DNA of 64,000 bases from Macrostomum lignano (Eukaryota), in contig NIVC01003329.1 in assembly GCA_002269645.1 (NCBI GenBank), positions 39,833 to 103,832 of the forward strand, written 5' to 3'. This document shows, one piece after another, positions 60,942 to 64,000 of this stretch (within the stretch, counting starts at the first letter, position 1; each line of letters starts with the position of its first letter). The notes beneath the pieces were generated by a model. That model saw only the letters and a program-made list of their open reading frames with translations, had not been told where the DNA came from and did no database searches. The position numbers and the translations under genes were made by a program.

Positions 60942-63900
60942 ACTCTGGCCGGGCTTCTTGCCAGCCTCATCCTCATCGGCGTCGGCCAGCCCGATGCTTT
61001 GGCCGCGGATCCTCGGCCTCGCGCCGCTGTCATCCTGAAGACGCCCGCCGGCTCTGTGGTGGCCGGCACCGAGGCCGTCCTGACCTGCCAGCTGGCGCAG
61101 ACCGGCAGCGGAGCCGCGGACTCGCTGCGCCCTGGCGCCAGGCTGCGGTGGCGCCGAATCGACGGCGTCAAACTGGGCGCGGCCGGCAGGGTCCGGCAAA
61201 TCAACGGGACGCTGCGGATGGAGCCAGTGCTGATGTCGGATGCTGCGGAGTACGAATGCGTGGCCTCTACGGAAGGTGAGTGAGCTCATGCGCTTTACTT
61301 GCTTGAGCCTTCATTTGTGCTATTAATGCTGAGAACACCCACCCTGCCGACTCAAGCGGGCCAGCTGAAGTCGCCCCCAGCCCAGCTCACCGTGGTCCCA
61401 GCGGAGTCGGCAAAGTCTGCAGCCGGCCGGCCCGTCTTTGAAGTTCAGCCGCGCGATCAGACGGTGCTGGCTGGCGAGTCGGCGACCTTCCACTGCTCCG
61501 CCACGTTGGCTGCGAGCGGCTCCGGCGTCTGGCAGCGGCGACGGCCCGCGCTCAACTGGCGTCGAGAGTCACTTGATGGCAAGCCGCGATCGATGCCGTC
61601 TCCTGAACGAATTCAGCTGCTGGACAATGGCTCGCTCACCCTGACTGGTGTGCTTGCCGCCGATGCCGGCAGGTGAGTTGTGGAGCTGCTGACTTTTCCA
61701 GAGTTTCTGTGCCGCTTCTGACCAATCATCGGTCATGAATCTGTGCCGCTTCTGACCAATCATCGGTCATGAATCTGTGCCGCTTCTGACCAATCATCGG
61801 TCATGAATCTGTGCCGCTTCTGACCAATCATCGGTCATGAATCTGTGCCGTACCTGACCAATCATCGGTCATGAATCTGTGCCGCTTCAGTAGATTAACC
61901 AATGTCGCGCCGCAGGTACATATGCGAGGCCGCCAGCACGGTGGGTCCAGCTGCCGAGTCGGCGGCTCGCCTGACGGTGCTTCGGCGGCCGACTTTCACG
62001 GAAATGCCAGCTGACGTGACCGCGACCGTCGGCGACCGCGTCGTGCTCGCTTGCCGCGCGGTGGGCAACCCGCCGCCGACCGTCTACTGGTCCAAGGGCA
62101 TCGGGCGGTTCGTCTTCGCCGTCGACAACCACCCGGACGATGACAGCGACGATGGCCTGCGCGTCGGGCCCGATGGCTCGCTGACGATATCGCCAGTGGA
62201 GCGCAGCCACGCCGATCAGTTCCAGTGCCACGCCACCAACGCCGTCGGCTCAGCGCAGGCTGCCGCTCTGCTGCACGTTGTCGATTCTCCAGCCAGGTCG
62301 CCGTCCACTGCGGCCGTTCCGCTTTCGCCGAGGGACCGCCGGAAGCGGCTTTTGTAGCTGAGGGCTCCCGGCTCCGGCTGCCCTGCCGTCTGGCCGAGCC
62401 TGTTGAAGGCAGCCGCAATGTTCGGCGAGGCGCGGGCGCTTCAGCAGCGACCAGCGCGAGCAGTGCGGGCGGAGGCCGACGGCAGCTGGCTGGTCGCCTC
62501 GGCTCGGCTCTCGGACTCCGGAAGCTACACCTGCGCGGCAGAAGTTCCCGGCTTCGGCGTCACGGAGTGGCCGGGCGCTGTCAACGTCAGCGGTCCTCGC
62601 GGCGCAGCCCAGCTGCCAGCGCCGCGCATCAAGCGGTTGCCCCCTAAAGCGCCGAAATCCGTTGAAGTTTTGGACGCTGGGGCGACGCTGGGCCGCTGCT
62701 GCGAGTTGCGGACGCGTGCGGTCGCGTTTATCGGCTTGAGAGGCAGTGCACCGGAGATAAGAGCTGGCGCCGGTACGCAGGTGAGAACAGGCGATTGCTG
62801 CTGCGGACACAGTCCGATGTACGCAAGAAATTTACACCGACAAAAATATTTTCTGTTCTTTTGATTCAGTCAGTAATTCAGAGCTTGGGAGAGCGACCCA
62901 ATTAGTCGCTTCATCACTTAATAACAAAAATCATAAAATATGACGGCTGGGTCACAAAACAGAGTCAAAGGGCATCGTAGTTAACAAGCAGGCAGCCGAT
63001 GATTACGAGTTTGCACCTGGCGAGTAGATCTTTGCTTTGGGTTCACGATATTTGACTGCTCCAGTTGGACTGATGAGCATTTGACTGCCACAAACTGACT
63101 GACAACCCTAACCCTAGCCCTTACCCGCAACCACAGGAGTCTTTTTCTCTCAGTAGTAAAGCTTATTCGCTCGATCCATTGAAACATTCGTCAGTTTCTG
63201 ACGCTGAAAATTGAAATTGAGAAAATGTGTTACGAGCTACAATTATCGATCGCAACTGGCGTACACTACAGCCTCTCGTCGCTTGAACTCCCGCCGTCCA
63301 GGTCTGTTCGAGTCTCGCCTGCTGAAAGCTGACGGCCTGCCCGCCGAGTCCGAGTGCCGCTTCGTGGCTCGGGCCGTCACAGACTGCGGCGAAGCCCTCC
63401 TAGACTCCGCGGCTCAGCGGCCGCTGTCGGAGCCGTCGGGCATATCGGCGCCGGTGCGCACTCCCCGGCTGAAACGGCGCCGGCACTGGCGACGGCTGGA
63501 GCTGCGGGCTGGCGAAGGTCCCGGTGGGCCGGTGCGCGTTAGGGACCTGGCCGTCACGGTTGGTTCAGGGCGCAACCGGGTCGGGGGTTGGGAAATCCCG
63601 GGCTGGTGGAAATGCAGCAGACGAACCAAAGCGTAGAGAACTAAAACCGCAACTACTCATAGTAATTAAAGGCGAAATGTAATTCAACCTTTTGCCAGCC
63701 GCTTGACCGCTCGCTCTCCGTCGCCTCGTGGCGTCTCGAAGGCACCGCAGTGGCCCGCGCCCAAGTCATTGGATTCCGCGTCACCTACGCGCTGGAGCCG
63801 CTCAGCAACTGCTTAGCAACCGCCACCGTTGCTCCCGCTGCTGCTGATGACTCGCTGGTCGCTGGAGCCGCGGATACTGCTCGCTAAAGGCGGGCCCAGC

Positions 63901-64000
63901 ACCACGGTGGAGCACCTCCAGGACGCTAAGCTCGCCTTCCAGCATGGCGGGGCTTCGATGCCCGCCCTGGAGGATGAGACTGTCGACGTAGTGGCCGCAA
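60942..64000 (+). CDS. robo: Roundabout-like Ig/FN3 receptor, 5' part; exons 60942..61275, 61357..61672, 61916..62780, 63302..~63620 and more beyond; several frameshifts
   Basis: Four Ig domains (YECVASTEAGQLKSPPAQLTV; PVFEVQPRDQTV; CRAVGNPPPTVYW; YTCAAEVPG..TEW) then FN3 (PPKAPKSVEV; RFVARAV..LSEPSGISAPVRT; GFRVTY). Splice phases agree for the first four exons. Confidence 0.75.
61707..61889. repeat. 34-bp intronic tandem repeat, ~5 copies
   Basis: Unit GTGCCGCTTCTGACCAATCATCGGTCATGAATCT. Confidence 0.95.

Overview
Animal (eukaryotic) genomic DNA with GC-rich exons, short GT-AG introns and very many minisatellites. The style suggests a flatworm such as Macrostomum, but that is inference only. 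Host genes: exon 1 of a GAF-domain phosphodiesterase (PDE5/PDE11-like, -), an orphan two-TM gene (+), two convergent CYP2-clan P450 paralogs, a complete six-exon 614-aa DEG/ENaC channel, and the 5' part of a Robo-like receptor. The main structure is intron 5 of the DEG/ENaC gene (33099-53948, 20.85 kb). Of this, 20.46 kb is one block of non-autonomous Helitrons: three head-to-tail on the - strand, plus a 13.4-kb fourth copy inserted antiparallel at an A|T inside the last of them (copy C). That nested copy carries a divergent gene pair (RPA70-like OB-fold gene and a small CCHC/poly-Q gene), a tRNA-Ser-like Pol III module, and a very recent Ngaro-type retroelement. The retroelement has identical split direct repeats, a SAP-domain gag, a -1 slippery site and no tyrosine recombinase. 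Also present: a P-element-like DNA transposon (27-bp TIRs, 8-bp TSD, THAP remnant), two copies of a tRNA-derived SINE with TSDs, Tc1 and Gypsy relics, and a perfect 45-bp hairpin. Several genes have single-base indels in homopolymers, probably assembly errors. All calls are by eye from motifs; no database searches were run.
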